Below are positions 12,952 to 25,250 of a DNA stretch of 64,000 nucleotides, piece after piece; the stretch's first letter is position 1; each line of letters begins with the position of its first letter. The position numbers and the translations under genes were made by a program. The DNA comes from the human T2T-CHM13v2.0 reference genome, Homo sapiens: assembly GCF_009914755.1 (NCBI RefSeq), contig NC_060929.1, one strand, 5' to 3'. The notes below the pieces were generated by a model. The model was not told the DNA's origin, did not search any database, and saw only the letters and a program-made list of their open reading frames with translations.

Positions 12952-13596
12952 TGTTCCAGGACCAAACTGAGGGTCGGGCTTCTATTTCTCATGGCCCAAT
13001 AATGAGATGCAGATGAACTGGGGAAGAAGAGAGTTTTTATTTCTGTAGCCGGTTACAGGGAGTAGGCCTGGAAATTATCGCCAGACCTATTCAAAATTAC
13101 AAAGTTTTCCAGAGTTTATAAACCTTCTAAGCTGTATGTCTACTTGTAAGTGTGCATTCATCTAAAGACATAAGTGATTAACTTCTTTTAATCTATAACT
13201 ACGGTCTGAGTCTTGAAGACCTTTCTCTGGAGCCTCAGTAAATTTACTTAATCTAAATGGATCCAGGTGCTGGCGTGATTACCCTTATCTTGTCTCCTGC
13301 TAAATTACGGAGGCTTGAGGAGTTTCTTCAGACCCCCCAACGAACTTGTTTGAGGCCTGGGGAGTTTCTTCAGCCCCACGATAAAACTTGTTTCATCCTA
13401 AATGGGTCCTGTTAAGAATTCCTTCTTTATTTTGTCATGCTTTAAGGCCCAGGAAAGGCCTAGATAAAACTCTTGATGGGCTTTTGTTACATACCAGCCT
13501 TTGTATAAAGCCACTGGCTTTTCGTATTTAACTTAACCACTCAGTACTGAAAGAGTTGTTATGGAGGCCTGTGTTTGGTGAGACTTGGCTTCTACA
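12952..13596 (-). mobile_element. ERV1-class solo LTR (LTR9-like) interrupting a MIR
   Basis: TG...CA termini, about 645 bp. MIR sequence (atagatgaggaacctgagacccaga) lies directly upstream. Confidence 0.65.
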
Positions 13597-14373
13597 CTGT
13601 CATTTGACTGGGGTATCGTTATCTGGTTACTTAGTGTCAGACCTCAGATTTCTCACTTCCAAATAAGAATGCCCTATCCCTGGGCTTCTCTTTCCAACAT
13701 TCAAATCCCTATTAAATTAGAATGCCTGTTGGAGAAGTCTAACCTGAATCTTAGTTGGGAGACATCTGAACACAAAGTTCCAAAGGTACAACCCGTGTCT
13801 GTTTGTAGTTTCCTTCACTTGCAGAATGGGCTCGGGAGGACCAGCAGCACAATGTCCTCAGGCTATGGAGCAGGCCCCTGAGTGAGCCAGAGCCTTCTTT
13901 AGCACGGTGGTGATGGAGGCGGCATCCAGTAGCCACAGGACTAAACCATTCCACTGTGGGTGGACATCAGAACTGCCAATGTGCCAAGGTCCGGGTTTCC
14001 TGAACTTCTCTTCCATCTAGGCAATGTCAGGGAAGTCTTAACCATAATGTATGAGCGAGAGCCTCTGAAGTTTCCCAAGGCAGGTCTGCTCATCTATTTA
14101 AAAGAAATTAGCAAGCTCTGCTTTAGCTTAACTGAAGAGCATCTAGAGAAAGGATGGGGATTTCCAGTGAAAAGGATGCATTGCACCAATGCTCGGAGGG
14201 GTGTGTATGTAGCATACAAAAATGTAACATGCTGTTGTTCTCTATACACCCTTCCAACTCCCACCTAAAGGGGAGGTCCCTTGAATTGTTTTCCTAGAAG
14301 TGAGAATGAGTAACAAAAGATTCTTTCACAGTCTCCTGCCATTTCCCTTTCTAACAAATGGTTCATGTTTAGC

Positions 14374-14603
14374 CCAGTGGTTTGCAACCTTGGGGAAGGA
14401 AGAGATATTTGCCTCCAGGGTATGTCTGGCAATGTTTGGAGACAGTTTTGGTTGTCTGACAAGACAACATCTGGGATTGCTACTGGTATCTAACAAGTAG
14501 AGGCCAGAAATGCTAGTAAATAATAATCATACAATGCAGCCCCTCCCACATAACAATGAATTATATGGCCTAAAATGTCAATAGTTTCAAGGTTGAGAAA
14601 TTT
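14374..14603. mobile_element. MER20 DNA transposon
   Basis: cagtggtttgcaacc...ggcaatgtttggagacagttttggttgtc...tagaggccagaaatgc...aaatgtcaatagt...ggttgagaaa. Confidence 0.8.
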
Positions 14604-15072
14604 TAATTTAGACTAAAGTGACTGCTTAGATTAGCAGTGGTGCCTGAGGACCCCAAAGGCTCAAACTCTTTGATTTGTTAGGCAGTTAATCGACTCAATT
14701 AAAGAGTCAATTGACTCAATTAAAGCGTCAATTAACAAACCAAAGGGTGAAATGTTAGTCAATATCTCTGAATCCCTTTCTAATTCTGTCACTGACTTGC
14801 CAGTTGAACTGAAACAAACTTTTGTCTCTCCTGTTGACTCAGTTTCTTTGGTTGCTAGAAGTCAATGAGAATAGCTTTCTAGTTTCATTGGTATCTCCTC
14901 TCCCAGTATCTGCCTCCCGAAATAGTGCCCCAAGGTTTTCAATGGTCTCCATGTCCATAAATCCAATGAACATTTCTCCTTTCCTGCCTTCCTTGGCCTC
15001 ACATTAGACACAGCATTAAATACAGCCCCTGCTTTTTTTCCCCTACATTTCTTTTATTTCTTGGCTTCCATG

Positions 15073-15536
15073 TGTGAAAGGAAAGTATCTTGGGCCCCCA
15101 AAATTACTGAAGAAAACTCAAGCTGGAAACTGCTTGGAGCAAATCTGCCTCCCATTCTATTCAAAGTCACCTCTCTGTTCACTGAGATAGACGCATACCT
15201 GATTTTCCTCCTTTGGAAAGGCTAATCAGAAACTCAAAAGAATGTAGCCCTTTGCATATCACCTTCTGTGACCTGGAAGCTCTCTCCCCCGCTTCGAGTC
15301 TTCCTGCCTTTGCTTCAAGTTGTCCCGCCTTTCCAGACTGAACCAATGTACTTCTTACATATATTGATTGACGTCTTATGTCTCCCTAAAATGTATATAA
15401 CCAAGCTGTGCCCCAACCACCTTGGGCACATGTCATCAGGACCTCCTGAGGCTGTGTCATGGGCTCGTGTCCTCAACCCTGGCAAAATAAACTTTCTAAA
15501 TTAACTGAGACCCGTCTCGGATTTTCGGGGTTCACA
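15073..15536 (+). mobile_element. MER4A solo LTR, inserted in an L2 relic spanning about 14940-16480
   Basis: Starts tgtgaaaggaaagtatcttgggcccccaaaat. Has AATAAA near the 3' end and ends ggttcaca. Confidence 0.8.
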
Positions 15537-16691
15537 TGTCACAGGCTCCTAGTTTTCCTCTTTTCTAGCTCTAATTCTCATTGTCATAAACAGTGAGAAT
15601 ATTCATTAAATATACATGTAGCAATTATCATCAACAGGCTTTCCAACCTCTACCAGACAGTCCAATCTCAGATTTCCCCCAGGTTTAACAAGAGATTTCT
15701 TCTCACTCTACACTTTTTCTCTAGACAGTCTCATCAATGTCAAAGCTTCAATTATAATCTATACACTGCAGACCCACATATTTTTATCTTCTCTGAGTCA
15801 CTGATTCATGTATTCAACTGTCTTTTTGACATCTAAATCTGATTGGGGCATTCACACTCTCATATGTCCAGCCTGAATGTGTCATCTTCCCCCACCTCAC
15901 TTGCTCAGCATGCCTACCTACCCACATGCTCAGGGTAAAAACTTGAAAGCTTTTAATTTGTCCTTACCTTCACCCTTTCTTTGTATGCAGTCCACCCCCA
16001 AGTACTGTCAAGTCAGTGTCTTAAATGCCTATTTAAATCTTATTCTGCCCCGCATCCCTCTAGATTAAAGTACAATCATCTCTCTCCTGAACTATTGATG
16101 TAGCTTCCTAATTGTCTTGATTTATATCAGCTCCGCCCCTTCCAGTCTACTCATCACACTATATCTAGAGTGATGGTTTGAATATGCGAAACTGATTGTG
16201 TTGCTCCCCTGCTTCAAATTTTCCAATGTCCTCCATTACTCCAAAGTCATAGATCAAAATTCTGCAGTCGGAAATTGTTTGACACCTGCCCATGTCACCA
16301 GACTATCTAGCACTATTTACTTCATCTCCCTGTGTTATAGGCACTTCATCTTCTTTCTGTCCTACAAAAGCATCATGCTCTTTCCTGCCCAGTGCCTTCA
16401 CTCAGGCTGTTCCTTCTGCCCAGAGTCCTCTTTCTTCCCCTTTCCTTACCCCCACCTCACCCCCATTTACCTGATTATAGAATTTCCTTTCTTCCAAGAT
16501 ACTATAGCTTATAAGACACACCTTTTGTTTACAGCTTTCTAGAGAAAAAAATTATTCACTAAATAGGTATATAGCAATTGGAAATCCATATTGATCTTAA
16601 AAATCTTTAATTTGATAAGATGTGAATCTTAGAATTAGATAAATATGCTTGTAAATAGTTAAAAGTTAGTTACTTGCACATGGTTTTGTAA

Positions 16692-17048
<357 letters not shown>

Positions 17049-17227
17049 AGAATTCAAATTTTTAAAAGGTCTCTCTCATCTATTAGAATGTGAGTTCTGG
17101 TACCACTAAATCTCTAGTACATGACACAGTGTCTAGCACAAAGTCGGTGTTAAGATTAACCAACATGTTCAAATCAGAATTGCTCCATTTCCCATTAGGT
17201 TATGTTCAAGCCAGGCTGTGTACCCAC

Positions 17228-17535
17228 CCTATGCTAGTTTCTATTGCTATTATAACACATGGGCAGAAATGTTGTGGCTTAAAAGAAGGTACATTTATTC
17301 TCTCACAGTTCTGGAGATCAGAGATTCAAAATCAGTTTCACTAGAGTAAAGCCAAGATGTCAGAAGAGCTGTTTCCTTCTTGAGGCTTTAGGAGAGAATC
17401 CATCTTTTTGCTTAGTTAAGCTTCTAGTGGCTGCAAAGTTCCTTTGGCTGTATAAAGTAACATCCAAGGGCTTGGGAAATGGGATGTGGACATATTTGTG
17501 TGTGGGGGGAGGCATTATTCAGCCTACCACCCACC
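17228..17535 (-). mobile_element. MLT1 (MaLR) LTR relic
   Basis: tggcttaaaa...catttattctctcacagttctggag...cagagattcaaaatcag signature. Confidence 0.65.
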
Positions 17536-18880
17536 CCTGTGTTGAAAAACAATATGGAAGACTTAGATCCAAATTGGAAAATGGAGCATAGATCAAGAGA
17601 CATCACTTAAGAGTCAAGACTATGTTTTAGACCGGGTGTGGCTCCTTCCTAGTGGTGAGATTCTTGGTAAATACCTTCATTTCTTCAAGCCTCCTCCGCA
17701 AAATGCTGGACCAAAGCAGGTGATTTCTTCCCTTCTATGATCATGGGCTCCCAATGGTTACATGCTAGAGTATGATTTTATGCTGTCCTCATGGCTTCGC
17801 ATGGCCCACATGGCTTCAGGAACACAAAAGAAGCCCAGAAAAAGGTTTCAAGATCCCATACCCTGCCACTGTGAATGAGAGACAGTTTCTTGATGCTGAT
17901 TTTCCTCCAGGCCCCCATCACAGCCTGGTTTCAATTTTGGTAAGAAGAGGAACAGAAAAACAGACCACATATGTAACATAACAAGCTCTGCACCCTTCCT
18001 CCTTTATGGTTTCTTTAAATACCAACATAGAGTACCCCCTCCCAAAAAACCTAAAACTGGAATATCCCATCAAGGTATAACTATTTATTACCTACCCACC
18101 CCTTAAAAAAAAAGGGAAATAATAAAAGAGGTAAAATTATTGTCCACTTATCTGGCATGAATCATTACATTCTAGATAACTTAGTCATGCACAAAACTAA
18201 ACAAAAAATATAGTTTTAGACACTAGTAGATTGCACACTCATCTAGATTAAGAATTCCAGAGACGCTCAAAATAGAGGACTTATGTCTTTCAGCCTATCT
18301 CAGTGCCTGGCAAGAGTAAGTGGCCAATGAATGTGAGATGAATTGAATCAGGCCCCTATAATTTTTTCATAAAGTATGAATATGTACATGTGATTTGGAG
18401 CAGACCAAGTAGATATATTCCTGGGTGTGCCTAGAAGCACTGAGAAGCTGTGTATGTGTTAGATGGAGGTCATTGGTGTGAACATACCAAAAATTTAACA
18501 GCAGAGAGCTTTCAGGGTATGCCCCAGCTTTTCTTGTGTTTCAACAGCCCCTTGAAATATTAGAAAAGAGAAATAGAGACATAGATGAAGAGAGAGAGAA
18601 AATTGATGGAGAAATAACCAGTTAAAAAAAAGTCAAAACTGAGTGTGAAAGTGAGGCTACTAAAACCAGGATAATAGTCATCCATAGAAATAACCTGTGC
18701 TTTGGGAGGAATCCTCAGGGCAGGGGTGATCTCCAGGTAAGAACTGATCAAAGGAGATGTTTGTGTTTGGCTAGGTTTTTACTAAAGCCCTTACTCCCTC
18801 TAGTGGGAAGACGGAGCTGTGCAGCATCCGTAGCAAGGTGTGTGCTCTTCAGGGCTAAAAGTCCTTTGGAATCAAGATTG

Positions 18881-18929
18881 TTTCTTGTTTCTTTTTTTTT
18901 CTTTTTTCCTTTTTCTCTTTCTTTTCTTT

Positions 18930-18989
<60 letters not shown>

Positions 18990-19022
18990 TTTCGTTTTTC
19001 TCTTTCTTTCTTTTTCTGTTTC
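18881..19022. repeat. (TTTC)n / pyrimidine-rich microsatellite
   Basis: Direct reading. Confidence 0.95.
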
Positions 19023-20007
19023 TTATCTCCTCAGCTTGAAGGTTGCATCCTCTTTATCTCCTTAAGTAAAGCTGGGAGTTCTGTAGTACTCCAGGAGTGA
19101 GGACAATTATGCTTAAGAAACTTTGGTTTCAGTTTAGTCCCAGACCAAGAGGAAAACATTTCAAAATTTTAAAGTAAATCCTAAAAGTGTAATTTACACC
19201 AGAGCGATTGACCTGGCATTTATGTAGACTGAAGCTTGAGAAGTAATTCAAGTGGTTTCCACTCATTCCCTTGGAAGAGTCCTTAGAATGTACTTCCATT
19301 GGTCTGAAAAACGCCTGAAAAAGAGTCCTGATGCTAACAGTAATGGAAATAGGAGGGCTGGTGGTTCACGATCAGCCCAGTGGTATCCTCTATTCTATTT
19401 GCATCTAGGTAAAGAGACTGTGGCCTGTATGTGATCAAACAATTTGTTGAAGCGCTTTGGGCTTAGGGCATTTAATTTCTGTGAAGTAGGACCATCAGTT
19501 GTTTGCTCTGTTTTTGTGTCACCTCTCAGAATACATTAAAGTAGGGGCAACCCTTGAGCCCAGACTTCTGCCATGTGAAGACCCTTTGAAAATCCTGACA
19601 AACACAGGTACTGCGTAAGTGGTCAGCTAATTAAAGAGGGGAGGTGGAGCTGTCCTTTGTGTATCCAATAAGTACCCATTATCTCATTTGAGCATGAAAA
19701 GAGGCCACTGTTATTACTTTCAAGAAGGAAAGTAAGCAGGATAGCTCATATTTTTAGAACAATTCCTCACCAAATGGAATAATTCCGGTGAAAAGTGGGA
19801 GTGAGGAAGAAAGAAAAAAAAAACTTCTAATCATAATGTTTGGGAATAAGAAAGGAAGAAGAAACTCACGTCAAAGCCGACTTTCTCCTGCAGCTGTAAA
19901 ATAAACTCTTAAGACCCTTCCTGCTGAAACTCTGGAGAGGAAAACTGGAGTGGCGGGTGGGCTTTGCCTGCAGCTCAACTCTCCCTCGCGGCGCGGGCGC
20001 GGCTGGG

Positions 20008-20028
20008 TTCAGCACCTCGGAAAGCGCC
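20008..20028 (+). promoter_or_regulatory. RE1/NRSE (REST-binding) element
   Basis: TTCAGCACCTCGGAAAGCGCC matches the canonical RE1 TTCAGCACCACGGACAGCGCC at 19/21 positions, about 640 bp upstream of a neuronal GPCR start codon. Confidence 0.8.
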
Positions 20029-20642
20029 CCTCGCGGCGCCCCGGGATTACGCATGCTCCTTGGGGCCCGCCGCCTTGGCCGTGCAAGTGCCACCGTAACT
20101 GGTGAGAGCCGCTGGCAACCCACCCGGAGTTGACAACCGCGGAGAGACGCAGACACCCACTGACCTCCAGGAAGCTGAGCGTGGTGGATGGAACTCTACG
20201 ATCTCTTTCTCTCCAAGGACGGAAACCTCATCCAAGCAGTCCCAGAGGAAACGGATAAAGGTATTTGAAAGGGAGCGAGCGGCCCCAAATCGCACAATTG
20301 AGCGGCTGGGGGAGTTATGCGCCAGTGCCCCAGTGACCGCGGGACACGGAGAGGGGAAGTCTGCGTTGTACATAAGGACCTAGGGACTCCGAGCTTGGCC
20401 TGAGAACCCTTGGACGCCGAGTGCTTGCCTTACGGGCTGCACTCCTCAACTCTGCTCCAAAGCAGCCGCTGAGCTCAACTCCTGCGTCCAGGGCGTTCGC
20501 TGCGCGCCAGGACGCGCTTAGTACCCAGTTCCTGGGCTCTCTCTTCAGTAGCTGCTTTGAAAGCTCCCACGCACGTCCCGCAGGCTAGCCTGGCAACAAA
20601 ACTGGGGTAAACCGTGTTATCTTAGGTCTTGTCCCCCAGAAC

Positions 20643-20651
20643 ATGACCTAG
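20643..20651 (+). other. Minimal upstream ORF (ATG ACC TAG), in frame with and 21 nt upstream of the RXFP3 ATG
   Basis: Direct reading. Its inclusion in the mRNA leader is inferred. Confidence 0.55.
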
Positions 20652-20663
20652 AGGTACCTGCGC

Positions 20664-22073
20664 ATGCAGATGGCCGATGCAGCCACGATAGCCACCATGA
20701 ATAAGGCAGCAGGCGGGGACAAGCTAGCAGAACTCTTCAGTCTGGTCCCGGACCTTCTGGAGGCGGCCAACACGAGTGGTAACGCGTCGCTGCAGCTTCC
20801 GGACTTGTGGTGGGAGCTGGGGCTGGAGTTGCCGGACGGCGCGCCGCCAGGACATCCCCCGGGCAGCGGCGGGGCAGAGAGCGCGGACACAGAGGCCCGG
20901 GTGCGGATTCTCATCAGCGTGGTGTACTGGGTGGTGTGCGCCCTGGGGTTGGCGGGCAACCTGCTGGTTCTCTACCTGATGAAGAGCATGCAGGGCTGGC
21001 GCAAGTCCTCTATCAACCTCTTCGTCACCAACCTGGCGCTGACGGACTTTCAGTTTGTGCTCACCCTGCCCTTCTGGGCGGTGGAGAACGCTCTTGACTT
21101 CAAATGGCCCTTCGGCAAGGCCATGTGTAAGATCGTGTCCATGGTGACGTCCATGAACATGTACGCCAGCGTGTTCTTCCTCACTGCCATGAGTGTGACG
21201 CGCTACCATTCGGTGGCCTCGGCTCTGAAGAGCCACCGGACCCGAGGACACGGCCGGGGCGACTGCTGCGGCCGGAGCCTGGGGGACAGCTGCTGCTTCT
21301 CGGCCAAGGCGCTGTGTGTGTGGATCTGGGCTTTGGCCGCGCTGGCCTCGCTGCCCAGTGCCATTTTCTCCACCACGGTCAAGGTGATGGGCGAGGAGCT
21401 GTGCCTGGTGCGTTTCCCGGACAAGTTGCTGGGCCGCGACAGGCAGTTCTGGCTGGGCCTCTACCACTCGCAGAAGGTGCTGCTGGGCTTCGTGCTGCCG
21501 CTGGGCATCATTATCTTGTGCTACCTGCTGCTGGTGCGCTTCATCGCCGACCGCCGCGCGGCGGGGACCAAAGGAGGGGCCGCGGTAGCCGGAGGACGCC
21601 CGACCGGAGCCAGCGCCCGGAGACTGTCGAAGGTCACCAAATCAGTGACCATCGTTGTCCTGTCCTTCTTCCTGTGTTGGCTGCCCAACCAGGCGCTCAC
21701 CACCTGGAGCATCCTCATCAAGTTCAACGCGGTGCCCTTCAGCCAGGAGTATTTCCTGTGCCAGGTATACGCGTTCCCTGTGAGCGTGTGCCTAGCGCAC
21801 TCCAACAGCTGCCTCAACCCCGTCCTCTACTGCCTCGTGCGCCGCGAGTTCCGCAAGGCGCTCAAGAGCCTGCTGTGGCGCATCGCGTCTCCTTCGATCA
21901 CCAGCATGCGCCCCTTCACCGCCACTACCAAGCCGGAGCACGAGGATCAGGGGCTGCAGGCCCCGGCGCCGCCCCACGCGGCCGCGGAGCCGGACCTGCT
22001 CTACTACCCACCTGGCGTCGTGGTCTACAGCGGGGGGCGCTACGACCTGCTGCCCAGCAGCTCTGCCTACTGA
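20664..22073 (+). CDS. RXFP3: Relaxin-3 receptor 1 (RXFP3/GPCR135/SALPR), intronless class A GPCR, 469 aa
   Basis: Seven hydrophobic segments. Motifs GN (TM1), LALTD (TM2), TRY in place of DRY (179-181), CWLP (TM6), NPVLY (TM7). N-glycosylation sequons NTS/NAS. Termini MQMADAAT...LLPSSSAY recognised. Confidence 0.98.
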   Translation: MQMADAATIATMNKAAGGDKLAELFSLVPDLLEAANTSGNASLQLPDLWWELGLELPDGAPPGHPPGSGGAESADTEARVRILISVVYWVVCALGLAGNLLVLYLMKSMQGWRKSSINLFVTNLALTDFQFVLTLPFWAVENALDFKWPFGKAMCKIVSMVTSMNMYASVFFLTAMSVTRYHSVASALKSHRTRGHGRGDCCGRSLGDSCCFSAKALCVWIWALAALASLPSAIFSTTVKVMGEELCLVRFPDKLLGRDRQFWLGLYHSQKVLLGFVLPLGIIILCYLLLVRFIADRRAAGTKGGAAVAGGRPTGASARRLSKVTKSVTIVVLSFFLCWLPNQALTTWSILIKFNAVPFSQEYFLCQVYAFPVSVCLAHSNSCLNPVLYCLVRREFRKALKSLLWRIASPSITSMRPFTATTKPEHEDQGLQAPAPPHAAAEPDLLYYPPGVVVYSGGRYDLLPSSSAY

Positions 22074-25000
22074 CGCAGGCCTCAGGCCCAGGGCGCGCCG
22101 TCGGGGCAAGGTGGCCTTCCCCGGGCGGTAAAGAGGTGAAAGGATGAAGGAGGGCTGGGGGGGGCCCCATTTAAGAAGTAGGTGGGAGGAGGATGGGCAG
22201 AGCATGGAGGAGGAGCCTGTGGATAGGCCGAGGACCTTCTCTGGAGAGGAGATGCTTCGAAATCGGGTGGAGAGAGGAAATTGGCAAAGGGATAGAGACG
22301 AGCCCCACGGGCCAGACAGCCAACCTCCGCTCCGCACCCCACAGCCTCTCCTTACTCTTCCCACGCTGAGTAGTGTGGGGGCGCCCAGAAGCGAAGACAA
22401 GCAGCAAAAATGTAGAGAAATTGGCACGGGGAGCGGGGCTTAGCCAAATGATGCACAGACAATTGTGCCCGTTTATTCCAGCGACTTCTGCGGAGAGGGC
22501 AGCCGTCGGCACAAACACTCCTTTGCGTCTTGGCAAACGAGACTGCAGCAGCGCCAAGGTCCTACTTGCTGCGGGGCTGCCCCAGGAATCTAGAGCTGGT
22601 AGGCAAGAAACGCTTTTGGAGTTAAGAAAAAGAACTGACCATCCTGGTCCGCCCACAGGAGAAACGGCAAAGGAAAGCCACCTCCAATGGAGTCATTATG
22701 ACAATTATCATTCCGGACTGGGCCAGCGGGAACACCCTGAGCCCGACCTAGCTGCACAGCCCCGGAGCTCAGACGTTAGCAGGGGGATAACACCTGTCAC
22801 CAGCTTGGGAGAGCCATTCTCTGGGGAGTGTCGTCGCTGCGGGAGGGAGGAGACACAGTGTGATTAGAAGGGCTGGACAGGGAAATTTCTTCAGGCTGCT
22901 GCCCCAAAAGGTAAAAGGGGGCTCATATGCTCACTTGGTAGCAGAGTTGGAAGTGGAGCGCTGGCGCGTTGCGCGCAGGAAGCTCGGGCGCTCCAGTTCC
23001 TCTGAGAGCAGTCTGCGTGCTGCCGGTGAGCTGGGCCCGGAGGCATCTTGAATAGCTCTACTGGGAGGAGTGGGGGCACTTCTTCAGTTCCTCCCTTCCC
23101 ACGCTTTGGGAATCAAGCTGTTCCTTTGATTGAGGCCCTGGACCAGCGAGTAGAGGGATGGTTCAGTATTTATTTTATTATTAATTTTTTTCTGGTAGGC
23201 TTAGATAGAAGAGGAAGAAATACCGCAGAAATGTGCAAGGGGAATTGGGGCGGGGGGCGGGGGGAAGTGGAATCTTGGAAACCAAATTCCTAGAAGCTGG
23301 GTCGGATCTCTCAAACAGAGGTGTGGGGTAGGAAAGAAAATAGAAGGTTCAGGTACCATGTTCTAAAGCGAGCAGAGTACTGGGGAAACTGTTCTGAGGG
23401 TATCATCAGAATTTCAGTTGTGGGCTTTTTTATTGCTTATATTATTGACAAGAGAAGGTAGGAAATAGTAATTCCCATCGGACATTACCATCACCAATTT
23501 CCATTTATTCTAAAGAGTGCTTTACATATTAAGCATGCATGACAAATTCTTTCCCAGCCTCCAGACAGTTTATGGAGCTGTCTCTGAAGACCGCCTCACA
23601 TTTCTCATGTTGACTCTGTTTTGATCACAGGAGCTTAAGATGTTAAACCCTCACAAAGTCCTTTCTTGAGGCTCTTCTAAGAACTGGGATCAAACATCAG
23701 TCTACCTACCCCTCTGCTGGCTTTCATAGAGGTACTGCTACTCTCTTCGGCAACCTGGTTTGGGGCCAAAAAACCAATGATGCAGGCACCCACCAGGGTG
23801 GTTGGTTTAATATAAAAAATAGCCATTCGTAAAAACAGGTCTGTTTAAAGAGCCTCTTGAACGGTAGAATTGTTTAGTGATGTCGTTGAAAGTTTTCTGC
23901 AGTATCTGAGATTCAGGGCTCAAAATGTGAGATCTACAACTCCCACCTTCCCTGATCTGCTTTCTGTGATTGCAAAACACAGTGAAATGACTAAACACTC
24001 ATGCCTTCCCACAAAGGCAGAAGCTGCCAGTCGCGATTCTGAGCAGTCTTGTGAAGTCAGCTCTTTTAGAAAACTGAATGGTGTGTTTGTTTTGAAGTAG
24101 TCCATTTTTTTCTTCACCCTTTGGGAAGAACAATTATTGATATAGATATTGAATAGCAATTAGGCTAACAAAGACTGAAATGTAAGCTCCACAAAGGTCC
24201 CCAAAATACAAAATACATGAAAAAGTAAACACAGGAGAAAACTAACATTTGCACGGTAGGAGATACATCTATAACACGGATAATAGACTCTTACTGAGAG
24301 ATTCTTATCAAAGCAAATTTCCATTTCAATTTAACAATAAAATAATGTATGGGTAGCTCAGAATTTTTAGGAAAGGGTGTTGAAGTATGTGCATCTGCTA
24401 CTATGGGCACTAGAAAAACAGCAAAGAAGGAGCTGGAGGAATGGGAAAAAAATAACCTCTATAAAAAGGGTCACTTTGTCCAAATCCCAAGCACAAGGCT
24501 TCTGAGAACATGGCAGGAGGGATCAAAGATCATGACTTTGGTCTACCACAAAGACAAAAGGGTCACCAAAGGAAATGGTCAGATCAATTGTAATCAACAA
24601 TTACTTTTTGAGTGGCTGTTTTGTGCCATCCCCTGTGCAGGGTGCTGAGGTGATGTACACGAACCAGACACGTTTCTGACCTCCACACGTAAAAGGACAG
24701 ACAGCGGTGAGCACAAGCAAGATAAGACAGGGAATGATCAGCTGAATGTCAAAGTAAGGCTGAAAGAAAGAAAGACAAAGGAAGGAAAAGTTGATCCTGC
24801 TGGGAGGTCAGACTTTCTGGTCAAAATAATATTTGAGACAGGTCTAAATATATGGGCACAGTTTAGGCAGAATGGCAGGGGTTGGTTCGGAGGTAGAGAG
24901 GATATTCAACGCTAATAAAATGTGGTGACTAAAAGCTTTGATGTTGGAATGTCGGATGCTTGGTTAGGGAAGCAGGAAACAAAGTAGTAGGGATTCTCTT

Positions 25001-25220
25001 TCTCTTGCAGGATTTCCCAGGATTTCTGTTGAGAGTATGCGTCCTTGTACTAGTTTTATTTGTCTGGGGAAAGGAAATTTCTTTTGCCAGAAAGAATATG
25101 TCATTGGTATACTGAGAACAAATACTTAGATTCCCAAATGTGGTTAAAGACTTTGAAAATTGGATTATATTTATTCATTCAAACCTCAAGGGAGTTGAGT
25201 TCAATGAGTATTTGCATATT

Positions 25221-25250
25221 TGTGTGTGTGTGTGTGTGTGCGCGCGCACA
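25221..25250. repeat. (TG)10(CG)3CACA alternating purine-pyrimidine tract
   Basis: Direct reading. Confidence 0.9.

Larger units (their letters stand above)
19960..23050. promoter_or_regulatory. CpG island covering the RXFP3 promoter, CDS and proximal 3' region
   Basis: Sharp rise in GC and CpG content relative to the CpG-depleted flanks. Boundaries estimated by eye. Confidence 0.85.

Noticed and set aside
20724-22867. Long overlapping or antisense ORFs around RXFP3 (247, 277, 211, 164, 161 aa)
   Set aside because: Shadow ORFs expected in very GC-rich coding and CpG-island DNA; no recognisable domains.
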